Shown here: piece by piece, positions 36,478-49,800 of the stretch | Position numbering within the stretch: position 1 is the first letter of the stretch | Layout of the letters: every line of letters starts with the position of its first letter | NCBI GenBank assembly: GCA_965219345.1 | Contig: OZ244732.1 | Location: 1,376,001-1,440,000 of the forward strand | From: Nitrosopumilus sp. | GTDB lineage: Archaea; Thermoproteota; Nitrososphaeria; Nitrososphaerales; Nitrosopumilaceae | Reading direction: 5' to 3' | DNA length: 64,000 bases | Program-made: the position numbers and the translations under genes | Notes under the pieces: model-generated | Seen by the model: the letters and a program-made list of their open reading frames with translations, nothing else | What the model was told of the DNA's origin: nothing | The model's database searches: none

Positions 36478-37719
36478 TTGAGTAAAGTAAAGACTAGCCA
36501 AAAATTGATCAAAGAAGGCAAATTGTCTTATGAGTGGGCTAGATCACATATGCAAATTCTAGATAATACCATTAATCGCTTTAAAAAATCAAAACCACTA
36601 AAGGGTGTAACCCTTGGATTTTGTTTGCATATTACAAAAGAGACTTCAGTATTATTAATGGGTGCCAAAGAACTTGGGGCAAATGTTGCTTGTTGTGGCG
36701 GAAACCCGTTAACTACTCAAGATAGCATTGCCGCATTTTTGGCATCTAAAGGAATTCATGTTTATTCATGGCATGGACAATCTGTCAAAGAATATGATTG
36801 GTGTATTGATCAAGTATTGAAACACAAACCAACCATTCTAACTGATGATGGCGCTGACATGAATATCAAAGCTCACTTTGATAAGAGATTCAAGAACATG
36901 AAAATTCTTGGAGCGACTGAAGAAACTACTGCTGGTGTTACTCGAATCAGAGCAGTAGAAAACAAAGGCAAACTGCGTTATCCTGTAATTTTAGTTAATG
37001 AAGCATATACAAAACACATGTTTGATAATAGATATGGAACTGGACAAAGCACCATTGATGGTTATCTTCGTGCTATGAATTTGCTTTTGGCATCAAAACG
37101 TGTAGTAGTTGTTGGTTATGGTTGGGTTGGACGTGGTGTTGCATCAAGATGTCATGGAATGGGCTCCAAAGTTGTTGTTACTGAAATAGATCCTGTTAAA
37201 GCATTAGAAGCTCATATGGATGGATTTGAAGTAATGCCAATGGCACAAGCTGCAAAGATTGGTGAAATTTTTGTTACATGTACTGGTATGACTAGTGTGA
37301 TTAGAAAAGAACACATCTTACAAATGAGAGATGGTGCCATTATGGGTAATGTGGGACACTTTGATGTAGAAATTGATAGTGATTTCTTACTAAAGAAATC
37401 AAAATCTGTTAAAGAAGTAAGACCAAGTCTTGATGAATGTATTTTGAAAAATGGAAAAAGAGTTTATCTAATTGGGCAAGGACGTCTTGCAAACTTGGTT
37501 GCAGCAGAAGGCCATCCTCCAGAAGTAATGGCCCAGTCATTCTCAAATCAAATTCTGTCCGTTTTGTACATTCTCAAAAATCACAAAAAAATGGAAAATA
37601 AAATCATTAACGTCCCTGAAGAAATTGACAAACAAGTAGCAGTTGATGCTCTAAAGGCAATGAATGTTAAAATTGATAAACTTACTCCAGAACAAGTAAA
37701 ATATGCCAGCAGTTGGTAA
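36478..37719 (+). CDS. ahcY: adenosylhomocysteinase
   Basis: EETTAG, FDNRYGTGQS, GYGWVG, GHFDVEI, AEGHP. Confidence 0.97.
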   Translation: MSKVKTSQKLIKEGKLSYEWARSHMQILDNTINRFKKSKPLKGVTLGFCLHITKETSVLLMGAKELGANVACCGGNPLTTQDSIAAFLASKGIHVYSWHGQSVKEYDWCIDQVLKHKPTILTDDGADMNIKAHFDKRFKNMKILGATEETTAGVTRIRAVENKGKLRYPVILVNEAYTKHMFDNRYGTGQSTIDGYLRAMNLLLASKRVVVVGYGWVGRGVASRCHGMGSKVVVTEIDPVKALEAHMDGFEVMPMAQAAKIGEIFVTCTGMTSVIRKEHILQMRDGAIMGNVGHFDVEIDSDFLLKKSKSVKEVRPSLDECILKNGKRVYLIGQGRLANLVAAEGHPPEVMAQSFSNQILSVLYILKNHKKMENKIINVPEEIDKQVAVDALKAMNVKIDKLTPEQVKYASSW

Positions 37720-37912
37720 TTATCTGATCTAATCTTTTAGCAAATTAGCTAACCATTTCTTATATCTAATTTATTTTTAAAATATTTTATGTCAATTTGT
37801 GAATGTATTTTATCTGATAATACGCCGGAACACCTCAAAAATATTCAAAAAATACTCCAAATGGATGATTCTCTCTCAAATAGATCTGGTGTTGTAGAAT
37901 TATTGTTACGTA

Positions 37913-39049
37913 GTGAATTGGATTGATATTGGATCACAAAACAGCCAACATTATTCGACCGAAGGATCCAGATAACAGTACGCCTGACACGGCACATGAA
38001 AGACACCACAATATCAACGGGGAGCGACTTTCTTCCCAAGACCGGGGCGGGATACCTCAGGAAGATCCAGAAGACAGAGGTGGATCCAAAGGCAAGGACA
38101 AGGCTCCTCCTTGCGTACATCATGCGCAAGGAAGGCGTATCCATACGCCAGATAGGAAGGGCGCTCAACAGGCCGTACTCTACCGTACGGGGCTGGCTCA
38201 TGCGCGCCATGCAGATGGGCATACTGGGCAGGTACGACGAGATGAGGCCGGGCGCAATCCCGAAGATTGACACACTCCAGACCAAACAGCTTAGGGCAGA
38301 CCTGATAGCCGGCCCGGACAGGTGCGGATTCGAGTCGGGCCTGTGGACTGCACATCTCCTCGCAGAGCACATCCGGAAGAAGTTCGGCGTGCAGTACGCC
38401 ACGGTGAGCGTCTACGACATACTCCGCAGGATCGGGTTCACGTAGCAGACCCCGTGTCCGAGGCACCCCAAATCAGCCTCGGAACAAGAAGGTCGAATTT
38501 AAAAAAAAGCAGGGCGTACCGTCTCGTACTATTCCTCCCGCGGATACACCGTGGTTGCGTAGGACGAGGCATCCCACATAATCGGGCTGGTGCAGAAGAA
38601 GAAGAAGAAGACGTGGGCGCCTAGGGGCGCAGGTGCCACGGCGCCGTCGACTCTCTCAAGGCAGAGGTTCTACTCGTTTGGCGCGCTGCACCGTGATGGG
38701 TTCTGTTGCTCATTCTACGAGAAGGCAAACGGAGACAGCTTCTGCGACTTTCTAAAGGGACTCAAAAGAAAGTTTGGAAGGGTGCTCGTCTTTGCAGACA
38801 ACGCGGGCTACCACAAGTCCTCCCATGTCGGGGAGGAAGTCAGGAAGCTCGGGGGCGACGTTGTGCTCAGGTACTTTCCGGTGTACACGCCGGACCTCAA
38901 CCCCACAGAGTGGCAGTGGCGCAACACCAGGCTGCACACTGCCAACAGGCTGTACGAGTCGGCCGATGAGATGAAGAGATCAATAAGAACGATGCTGCGC
39001 ACGGGAGAGATCATGGTTGCCAAGATGAGCGATTATCTGACATAATCAC
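37913..39049 (+). mobile_element. IS630-family element, inactivated
   Basis: GC-rich; HTH ORF 37996-38445 and DDE ORF 38590-39045 (DE, DNAGYH, PDLNPTE); stops at ~38443, ~38500, ~38560; slippery tttaaaaaaaa; imperfect ends gtga...tcac flanked by TA (37911-12, 39050-51). Confidence 0.9.
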
Positions 39050-39051
39050 TA

Positions 39052-39431
39052 CGTGACATGAACCCTGTACGAGTGGTTCCGGAACGCCATATCCAGCACG
39101 CACAGCAAGGCGGCCGCGTCATCGGAGGCATCCTTCCATACGGTGGGGGATCAATCTCTTGAGTTTCTTGATCCTCGCCCTTATGGTCCTGCCCTCCTCC
39201 CTCCGCCTGCCCTCGTATGCCCTATAGTTGCGATACTTTCTGGCATTGGCGTTCCTGGCATGCCTGCGATACTGCCTGACATGGGCGTCGTACTGCGCGC
39301 CTGCCCTCCCACGCTTCTTTCTTTTCAAAGACATTAGATGTGTGCCATGCCCCGTGATCAAAAAGCATTGCAGGATGATTCATGATCTATAAGCTTTTCG
39401 CGGATTTTTCCGGGAGGATTTGGACAGCACC
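39052..39431 (-). mobile_element. 5' remnant of another GC-rich IS (IS5- or IS6-like), truncated by the IS630
   Basis: Arg-rich ORF 39119-39361 continues after a frameshift as ...LLCVLDMAFRNHSYR; end reads GGTGCTGTCC on the minus strand. Confidence 0.55.
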
Positions 39432-39479
39432 GTAAAGTATAGTCACTTTTTTAACTTAGAACAATAGAATGTATCATAA

Positions 39480-40592
39480 ATGAATAAAATATTGCTTTTG
39501 ATACCTCTACTTTTTATTGTATCATCTTCTATGGCATTTTCTTCATCCATTGATAGTCCTAAACATCAATTAGAATCTGGAATTGCCCCTGAAAATATAA
39601 TCTGTAAAGAAAATCTGGTTTTAACCATTCGTACAAATGGACAACCTGCATGTGTTACTGAAAGAACCGCAGACAAATTAAATTGGAAGATAATGTCAAA
39701 TAACATACCTAAAGAATTTACCAAATCCATAACAAGTGAATCAGATACAACTACAGAACTTACAATACCCATAACAAATAAGATGAATGTATCAACAGAA
39801 ATATCTAAAGAACGTATTCTAACAAAATTTGAACGATCTGCTGAACTTTCTGCAATTAGAAGTAGCTGTATTAATTGGCCAGTTTTCTCAATTGATACAC
39901 CAAGTCAAGTAACAATTGGTACAGAATTTGATGTAATACTTGATTATACATTTGTTATTCCTGATATTGATGCGGGATATGAGGATCCCGATGCAATAAT
40001 GGGACAAGAACTTTTTACAGCTTGTAATATAGGTAACATTTACCTTATTTATCCAGAACATGCCGAGATTGTTGATGCTGGATATGTACACTATATCACA
40101 CGTATAGACGACAACTGGGATCCTCCTTTAGTTATAAATTCTGGAAAAATTGCTTATTCCTTTGATAATACAGCTCCTCAAAGCAAAACTATAACCATGA
40201 AAATAAATGAACCATCACCGTTTGATGATAAAAGCTTTTTTGATATTAGTATGGATGCGAATAATGTTCGAAGATACATCAGTATCAACGGCGATGTTGT
40301 AACATTAAGTGAAAATGTTCCTCCACAACCATTAAGCGCAATTTCTAGCTCTCTTAGCGTTGATACTAGTTTCACAAAAACTTGGGTTGGCGATTATGCA
40401 AACAAAACCGGAACTGTTAAATTAGTTAATCGAAACCAACTTCCACAAAATGAGCCGCCAGTAGAATTATTTGCTGATTTTCTAAAAGAATATTATCCTG
40501 ATAAAAATTATGAAGAATTTATACTTTCTTTCAATTTTACTGAATCTTATGTAGAGATTTTTTTTGAAGCTAATCCCGACATGAGAAATTAA
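39480..40592 (+). CDS. secreted protein: SPKHQ Cys module plus domain shared with the giant protein's N-terminus
   Basis: Signal peptide; 39872-40520 nearly identical to 41069-41717. Confidence 0.8.
   Translation: MNKILLLIPLLFIVSSSMAFSSSIDSPKHQLESGIAPENIICKENLVLTIRTNGQPACVTERTADKLNWKIMSNNIPKEFTKSITSESDTTTELTIPITNKMNVSTEISKERILTKFERSAELSAIRSSCINWPVFSIDTPSQVTIGTEFDVILDYTFVIPDIDAGYEDPDAIMGQELFTACNIGNIYLIYPEHAEIVDAGYVHYITRIDDNWDPPLVINSGKIAYSFDNTAPQSKTITMKINEPSPFDDKSFFDISMDANNVRRYISINGDVVTLSENVPPQPLSAISSSLSVDTSFTKTWVGDYANKTGTVKLVNRNQLPQNEPPVELFADFLKEYYPDKNYEEFILSFNFTESYVEIFFEANPDMRN
39872..40520. repeat. 649-bp direct repeat, copy 1
   Basis: Offset 1197 bp from copy 2; only scattered substitutions. 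Confidence 0.92.
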
Positions 40593-40600
40593 TACTCTTT

Positions 40601-40670
40601 CAAATTAATTGAGCCTGCATTCTCAATAAATTGCTTAGAATTTGGTGGAACATATGCTGAATCATCTTTT
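40601..40670 (-). pseudogene. 70-bp fragment of a cupin gene homologous to 865-934
   Basis: 63/70 nt identical by manual alignment; encodes KDDSAYVPPNSKQFIENAGSINL. Confidence 0.75.
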
Positions 40671-40838
40671 GGTGCCAAATCCTGAACTGTCAGGAGATAT
40701 GTCTTTTTTTTGATTGCTCTGTGAGGGATTGATTTACTTTTCTAAGATGAGACATTGAAATTCTCTTTAGGCCATACACCCACAATGATCACAGTGCTTT
40801 AATATTCTATAGTAAAAATTATCACGTTGATAAAATAA

Positions 40839-43800
40839 ATGCTAGAATTAGATAAACAAATTATTTTGAGCGTATTCTTATCTTTAATTTTGGTTATAGG
40901 AAGTACTTCATTATCATTTGCAGAATTCTCTACTAATTCAATTATTTTACAAAATACTGATACCATAAATCATGAGCACGCATTTTCTGAAAAATTTACA
41001 GACAAAAGAATTATTACAACATATGATCTGAAATCAAAACCATTTGGCGGTATTAATTCACAATGTAGTAATTGGCCAGTTTTCTCAATTGATACGCCAA
41101 GTCAAGTAACAATTGGTACAGAATTTGATGTAATACTTGATTATACATTTGTTATTCCTGATGTTGATGCGGGATATGAAGATCCTGATGCAATATTGGA
41201 ACAAGAACTTTTTACAGTTTGTAATATGGGTAGCATTTACCTTATTTATCCAGAACATGCTGAGATTGTTGATGCTGGATATGTACACTATATCACACGT
41301 ACAGACGACAACTGGGATCCTCCTTTAGTTATAAATTCTGGAAAAATTGCTTATTCCTTTGATAATACAGCTCCTCAAAGCAAAACTATAACCATGAAAA
41401 TAAATGAACCATCACCGTTTGATGATAGAAGCTTTTTTGATATTAGTATGGATGCGAATAATGTTCGAAGATACATCAGTATCAACGGCGATGTTGTAAC
41501 ATTAAGTGAAAATGTTCCTCCACAACCATTAAGCGCAATTTCTAGCTCTCTTAGCGTTGATACTAGTTCAACAAAAACTTGGGTTGGCGATTATGCAAAC
41601 AAAACCGGAACTGTTAAATTAGTTAATAGAAACCAACTTCCACAAAATGAGCCGCCAGTAGAATTATTTGCTGATTTTCTAAAAGAATATTATCCTGATG
41701 AAAATTATGAAGAATTTTTAAGTTCAATGAATTATTCTAATGAATATATTGATCAGTTAATGTATGATAGACCAGATCTAGATACACAGTCATTTACTTC
41801 TGTTTTTAATTTTACTTTACCTTCAATATTTAGTCAAGGACCTCCTCCATTTGGATTTGTTACTGGCACTGTGGAAAATTATGATTCAATTGGTGTACTA
41901 GAACCAGTAAATGGCGCAAAGGTTTGTGCTCTTGATTTTAATGTAGGAATAGGTTATAGTTCTGATGAATTATTCAATGGTTCAACACCTATTTGTGATA
42001 TTACTGATATTAATGGAGATTTTTCATTTGCAGTTCCATTAACTGATACTGAGGGAGATGGTACGACTCCAGATCTTATTATGAACATAAAAGCAGACAA
42101 TGGAAAATTTAACATTGGTCGTGATCTTGTAGATCGTGAAACTTCTGAAGAAATATTTACTACTTTTACTGGAGTTGATGACGATGTACAAATAGACATC
42201 ACTTCTGTCTATTTTGATTACGGTACTTTCACTATCAACCAAGGTAGTATTATTAGTGAAGTCATGTGGGTTCAAAACACATTACAGTCAACTTATGATT
42301 GGTATTTAGACACATTACAATATGATGTGCCTCCTGTCATCATTAATTGGGATCCATTTGCTTGTCAGGGAGTAGGTATTTTTCCTGGTACTGATGAGAT
42401 ATTCATAGATTCTAGTACAACCCGTATGGACACATATTGTGGTATTCCTAATTCCGTACTTGATCATCCTGACACGATTAGACATGAATATGCACATCAT
42501 ACTCATATTCAAATTTACCAAGATCTTGGTTCTGCATTTCCCTTACTTAATTGTCCTAACAATCATTCTGCTGTAACTCCTGGTGGAGATTCTGGGTGTG
42601 CATGGATAGAAGGATGGTCAAGTTTTGTTCCTTTAGCTATTGACAATGATCCAAATTATGAGGCAGCTGGAATTGTTGGAATCATTGACTATGAAAATCG
42701 TGTATTTCCACCTGATCCTAAATTTGAAGGATTGCCTTGGATTGATGGAATAAATGGAGAAGGTAGTGTAACTGCTGCATTATATGATCTTGTTGATACA
42801 AATAATGAAGGCGGTGATGATCGTTCTAATTTATTGCCTGATATCTGGGCAACTTTTACTGATCCACTAGAAGTTGGTTCTGAAACTATCATCGCTGAAA
42901 ATATTTTAGAATATGTAGAAGATTGGCAAGATTCCAATAGACCCGACTTACAAAGCACTTTTGAGCATAACACAATTTTAGATCCAATAATTGTTGTTCC
43001 ACCAGTACTAGGTACTCTAGATTCATTCTTAGATGATTTTGAAAGATCTGATGATAATTTTCCTGATTGGACAGAGATAGGTGAATGGGGTACTGACACA
43101 CCAGAAGAAAGAAATGGTGATCTACCCGCCAATAGTATTAGAGTAGCGCATATTCAAAACTGTATTCCTGATTGTAGTTTGACAATGAATGATGCAGTTA
43201 ATCTAAGTCAATATGATTCTGCAACATTATCGTTATACCGATGGCTTGAAAATTCTATTGATACAACAGATTTTCTTAAAGTTGAAGCATCAGGTGATGA
43301 TGGACAAAATTGGGATACACTAGTTACTTGGTCTGAAGAAAGTGACGATGAAATATGGCATTTTGAAACATTTGATTTGGCAAGTTATATTGATAGTACT
43401 GCATTTCAAGTTCGATTTGTCGTTAGCTCTTCCTTCACTGAAGAAGTTGAAATTGATCATGTATTAATTGAAGGAACATCTGCTGATACAACATCTCCCA
43501 ATATTACAATAAATTCCCCACAAAACGGTGCTATACTTACACAAAGTACTTTTACAGTTTCTGGTATAGCATCTGATTCTGAATCTGGCATCATACAAGT
43601 ACAAATATCCATAGATGGAGGTCCACAACAAACAGCAATAGGTACTACTTTATGGAGTATTATTGTTAGTGGTCTTTCTACGGGACAACATACAATTGTT
43701 ATGCGAGCAACAAACGGTGAAGGACTTGAAACCAATACTTCAATTCTAGTAACTGTATCTACAGTACCTGATCCTCCAACTAATCTATTAGCTAATGTAG

Positions 43801-46800
43801 TGTCTGCTAATGAAATAAGCTTAATTTGGTCTGCCCCTGTTAATGATGGTGACTCTCCTGTTACAGGTTATCAAATTGAACGAAATCTGAATAGTGCAGG
43901 ATTTTCAGTGTTAGTTTCTGATACTGGTTCTATTTCTACAGACTTTCTTGATACAACACTTAGTGGTGGAGATACCGCAGAATACAGAACAAGTGCAATT
44001 AACGTGATTGGAACTGGTTCTGCATCAAGCTCTGCTACAGCGACAACACCATTACTCAATGATACTCCTGTAGTAACTATATCATCACCATCTGATGGTT
44101 CTGCATTTGATGATGATATCCCTAGAATAACATTTACAGCTAGCGCCACAGATGATACGGATGGGAATATCTCAGATGAGATCTCTTGGTCATCTAGTAT
44201 AAATGGAATGATTGGTACAGGCCGCTCTGTTGATGCAACACTAAGCGTTGGCACTCACAACATCACTGCAACTATTTCTGACTCTGCAAACAACACTGCA
44301 ACTGATGCAATATCTGTTAGAGTTCAAAACATACAAGAAAATATTGATTCGGGTACCGGAACTGGAAGTACATCGTTTGCCACTAATCTTGGAGAGTTTG
44401 CAGCAGTATCTGCTGTTTTAGAATCAACCCTGCCAGAGGATGGCAAGCCAGATGTAACATTTCCTGATGGGCTCTTTTCATGGAATGTAACGGGATTAGA
44501 TGCAGGGCAGAGAATTATAGTTGGCATTACTTTGCCAAATGATATACCTGCAAACTCTCAGTACTGGAAGGTAATTAATGATTCATGGGTTAATGCAACT
44601 AGCATACTTGGCTCTAGTGATGATGGCGACAATTCTATAACACTTGCAATAACTGATGGCAGTTCTTTTGATGCAGATGGTTTGGCAAACGGCCGCATCT
44701 CAGATCCTGGAGGAATTGCCATAATATCAACTGCAAACAACCCACCTGTAGCAACTAATGATGTATTTGTAATATCAGAGGATAATACCCTAACTGTGAA
44801 TGCCACATATGGCATACTAAGTAATGATTTAGATGAAAATGGAGATACACTTGCATCAATTATTAGTACTAATGTAACTCATGGTACCATCCTGTTACAT
44901 ACAAACGGCAGTTTTGCATACACTCCTAGTCTCAACTTTTTTGGAGCAGACACATTTACGTATTATGCAAGTGACGGAATGGCAAACTCCAATAACGCTA
45001 CTGTATCCATCTCTGTAACACCAGTAAATGACCCACCTGTTGCCAGAAATGATACCATCACAACTAACGAGGACACACCAATAACTATCTCTGTGTTAAA
45101 TAATGATTCAGATGTTGATGGGGATACACTAATTGTAACTGAAGAATCGGATGATGAATCCTACACCCCTATATCTTTTGAAGACTCTGATGATTTCTGG
45201 TTGAATACTTTTAGTTTCACAACAATGTTTGCTCAATACACATCTGTAATTGAAAATATTTTTGAAAACATACTGTTAGCACTAGTTCCTCAAATCTCTG
45301 CTACTGCTCATGACATTCCAAGTGTAACTGCAGATAAGATAGAATCCATGGAATATACAACAGATATCAATGACCAGATATACCAGCAAAACAAAGATAA
45401 AGTAAACCAAGCAAGACAGCAGATAAAGCAACTCAAAGAGGACTATAAAGAGATAGATGGTTCTCTAAAAGACAAAAGTAACCAATACGACATACAACAG
45501 AAACTATTACTCACAGCACAGCAAGACTTTGAGGATAATACCATAACAAGACAAGAGCTTGAAAAGGCAAACCAATCATTTCAAGATATACAAGATTCCA
45601 TGAATGCAGTTATCATTAATCATACCTCAAAGCAGCTAGAGATATCTGCCGTACAGTCATCGCTAAAAATCTCACCGGACATAAAGAAACTAATTGATGG
45701 AACAGACACACTAGAAAAACTAGATGAGAGATTCAAGAACATATTCAAAGATAGAACCGCTGATGGTGATATAATTGCAGAGCCCAAAATTCCTGTATAC
45801 ATTAGTGGTATGACAAACTCGTCTGATTTGTCAGGATATGAGGTGACAGCCATAACAGATGATATCACGGTACTAAAACTTACTCCCTCACAAATACAGG
45901 AACTATCCTTGAATAATAACATTAAAGAGATAAGACTGCCTGAAATATCAGAGCCACTCTCACATGATACATCGCAGGGAGTCTCTCTGAGTTATGCCAA
46001 TTTATTGCACTCTCAAGGAATAACTGGAAACGGTACCACAATAGCAATAATTGATGATTCCTTTGTGATTAATAATCCCGAGATTACAAATAATATAATA
46101 TCTCATAATTTGTTTGACTCTGCAGGATTCTGCGGTGATATATCATGTCGTAAAACATTTGGCAACTCTCATGGCACTACAGTAGCTGAAATTATAGTTG
46201 ATATGGCCCCTGATGTCAATTTGGTATTATACACAATTGCAAATACAGTCGACTTTGTCAATGCCATAAATGACATAATCAGCAGGGGAGATGTTGATGC
46301 AATTAATGTCTCACTTGGATTTCCAACTGCTGGCGGTGATGGAACTACTGGATATTTCCGTGATGGAACAAGTATAGTTGCAAAGGCTGCAAACAAGGCA
46401 AGTGATGCCGGAATTCTGGTAACTGTAGCATCAGGCAATGATGCCCAAAGACACTGGATGGGATTATACAGTATCAGCAGTACCATATCACCTCAGATGC
46501 TTGGACTAACCAACCATCAAAGTGTGATGGAGTTCAGGCCAGCAGAGTCTGGACTATACAAGGCATGCCTGCCCATCAATCATGCAGGATGGACCGTATC
46601 TTCTTGGAATGCATGGAACTCTACTAATAATGACTATGATCTGTTTTTGTTTGATAGTGCCATGACTGGAATAGTTCGATATTCTGCTACAAACCAGCAG
46701 ACTATTCCCTCATCACCAATTGAGGTAATATCTGATGGTAGGGGATTTTCGGGATGTCTTGTGGTATCATCTGCAAACAGCACAGAAAACCATCTATTTC

Positions 46801-49800
46801 ACATTACTGCAGTAGGTGGCGGCATACCAAACAATTACATCAGCGCATCCAGTGTATCAACGCCTGCTGATGCTGCAGGTGCATTAACAGTCGGTGCCAT
46901 AAACCATAACACAAATACTTTGGAGTCATTTTCATCGCAGGGCCCAACTGATACTGGTACAACAAAGCCTGAGATATGCGGACCTGACGGTGTATCATCG
47001 CATCAATCTTTACTGAATCCCTTCCTTGGAACATCAGCATCTGCACCTCACATAGCAGGAGCTGCTGCTCTCATAAAACAAGCACAACCTAGTCTTTCAT
47101 TAACAGAGTTACAAAACAGACTTGCTCATAATACAGTATTTGATGAATCATATTCAGTTGATAATATCTGTGGTGCTAATTCCGGATTGGTATCTGTACG
47201 AGGAATAGAGATCATTCCTGGAGAAGATACTAGTGGCAGCAGCAGTAGTACTAGAAGTGGTACTGACCAAAGCACTGGAGAATCATTATCAATTCTAACA
47301 ATTACAAATCCCGTACATGGCACTGCCATTATCAATCTGAATAACACCATAACGTATTCTCCTGATACCAACTATTTTGGTGAAGACACATTTACCTATA
47401 CCTTATCTGATGGAAACGGTGGCGCAGACGCTGCAACAGTTACTGTAACTGTAACTCCAGTTAATGATGTACCTGTAGCGATTAGTAAATCAGTTATGAC
47501 CTCGCAGGATATGCCGCTACTAGTTACCCTTTCTGGTACTGATAATGATAATGACACACTGGTATTTAGTATAATGAATCCTGCAAACGGCACATTAGGT
47601 AGCAGTATGACAGCAGTTAATGCAACATCATCTACTGTTTTGTACACTCCAAATTCTGGATTCTCAGGGACTGATTCATTTACATTTGTAGTGTATGATG
47701 GAACCATCACATCACAGCATGGCACCATATCAATTACCATCATAACAGATGATACTGTACCATCTGTGATGCAGAAACTGGTTCCAGCAAATGCACTACC
47801 ATTTGATTCCTTTGGAGCATCTATCAGCATTTATGGGGATGCCCTAATAGTTGGCGCAGCACTTGATGGTGGAAATGGTCCAGGCTCTGTATATGTATTT
47901 GAGAATAATGGAACTGCATGGAATCAAAACACAACTCTTATCCAGAATAATCCAGTACGATTTGACAGGTTTGGAGAATCACTAGACATCTATAACCATA
48001 CATTATTTGTCGGATTTTCTGAAGATGACAACCAAAATGGCAGAAATGCCGGTTCTGCATATGTCTTTGAGAATAATGGAACTGCATGGAATAATATGGG
48101 TATATTGACCCCGGATGATGGATACTCCTATCAGAGATTTGGCAGTACAGTCTCTGTGTATAATGATACGGCAATACTTGGAGTTCCATATAGTGGTGTG
48201 TCTGGATATGGTTCTGGTGCAGCATATGTCTTTGAGCGAGACACTCAAGGAGGAATATGGCTCCAGACTGCAAAGATAATACCTGATATTGGGTATCGCC
48301 AGGAATACTTTGGATCCTCAGTTGCAATGTATGATGGAGTAATAGCAGTAGGCTCTCTGAGTGATAGAGGTACTAATTCAGGTTCTGTGAGAGTGTTTGA
48401 AAAAAACACTAATGGCACATGGAGCCAAACCCAGAAACTCTTCCCAGAAAATAACGATCGACGTCTTGGATACTCTATTAGCATGGATGCAGAAACACTA
48501 GTTGCATCATCGGAATTTTATGATTACAATTCAGATAGTATGGCAGGTACAATATACACATTTGAAAAGGGAATAAACAATGAATGGAGCAGAACAGACA
48601 GACTGCTTCCGGATGAGCATATTCCGGGAGACTCTTTTGGGTACTCTGTATCTTTATCTGGAGATAAGATGATAGTTGGCACTCCAAACTTTTTATCGTA
48701 TGGTTCTGCATCAAGTGGATTTGATTCTGCATATACCTTTGAGAATAATGGAACTGCATGGAATAACACTGCAAGAATTACTCCAAGTGATGGACTGCAT
48801 GATGACTTTGGCAAGGCAGTCTCCATGTATGGCAATACAGCACTAGTTGGCATTCCATATGATACAGTCAATGGTATACGTAGTGGCTCAGTCAATGTAT
48901 ACTCTGGGGAATTTGAGTCCTTTGATACATCTGAATCATCATCCAGTCGCGCTCAGTCATTATATAATTTGAATAATAATAATAATAATAATAATAATAC
49001 ATCATCATACCATATCCTTCCAAAAGAGTTTTCAGCAAGAATTAATGGCATATCCTTTGATTCAAACATATCTAGTATTTACTTGGATGATCAATATTCC
49101 AATAGATTCATCATAACTAACACACAAAGCATTGGGGCAGGAAATAACACTGCAACAATACTTGAGATTATGGATATTGGCGCATCAGATGCTATACTAC
49201 CAGAGAATATCACATTTGTCCTGATTAGTAATGATGATAACCCAGAAGAACTCTTTACTGTTCCACTAGATATCATAAATGAGAGACTATACTGTGGAAA
49301 TGCAATATCTCATTATAATTCCATAATGTATGGAACTGCACAAGATGACACCATAACTGGAAGCGTGTTATCTGATCTAATTTTGGGATATGGTGGCAGT
49401 GATACCATTGATGGTGCAATGGGTAATGATTGCATATATGGTGGACCAGGAGATGATGTTATTGATGGTGGAATGGGTGATGATGTAATTTATGGCGGCC
49501 CAGGAGATGACACCATTAATGGTGGACCAGGAGATGATAATTTGATCAGTAAACAAGGCAATGATATCATTCATGGTGCAATGGATGATGATAATATCTT
49601 TGGCAGTGCTGCGATACAAAATAATTATAACAACATTAATGGGGCAATCTCCTCCCATAATGGCACCTCATCTATTCTACCATACCAATCAATTGCAGAA
49701 GGTACAATAACAGATGATAACACATCAAATGATGCAATAACAGATGATACAATTACAGTAACTGATGCTGATTCTGCACTATCTGCAATTATTTACTCTG

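Noticed and set aside
37845-39023. Alternative-frame and antisense ORFs across IS630 (and likewise across IS481)
   Set aside because: Expected by-product of high GC; no motifs
39872-41717. Diversity-generating retroelement template/variable repeat pair
   Set aside because: Repeat is far too long, differences are not adenine-specific, and there is no reverse transcriptase
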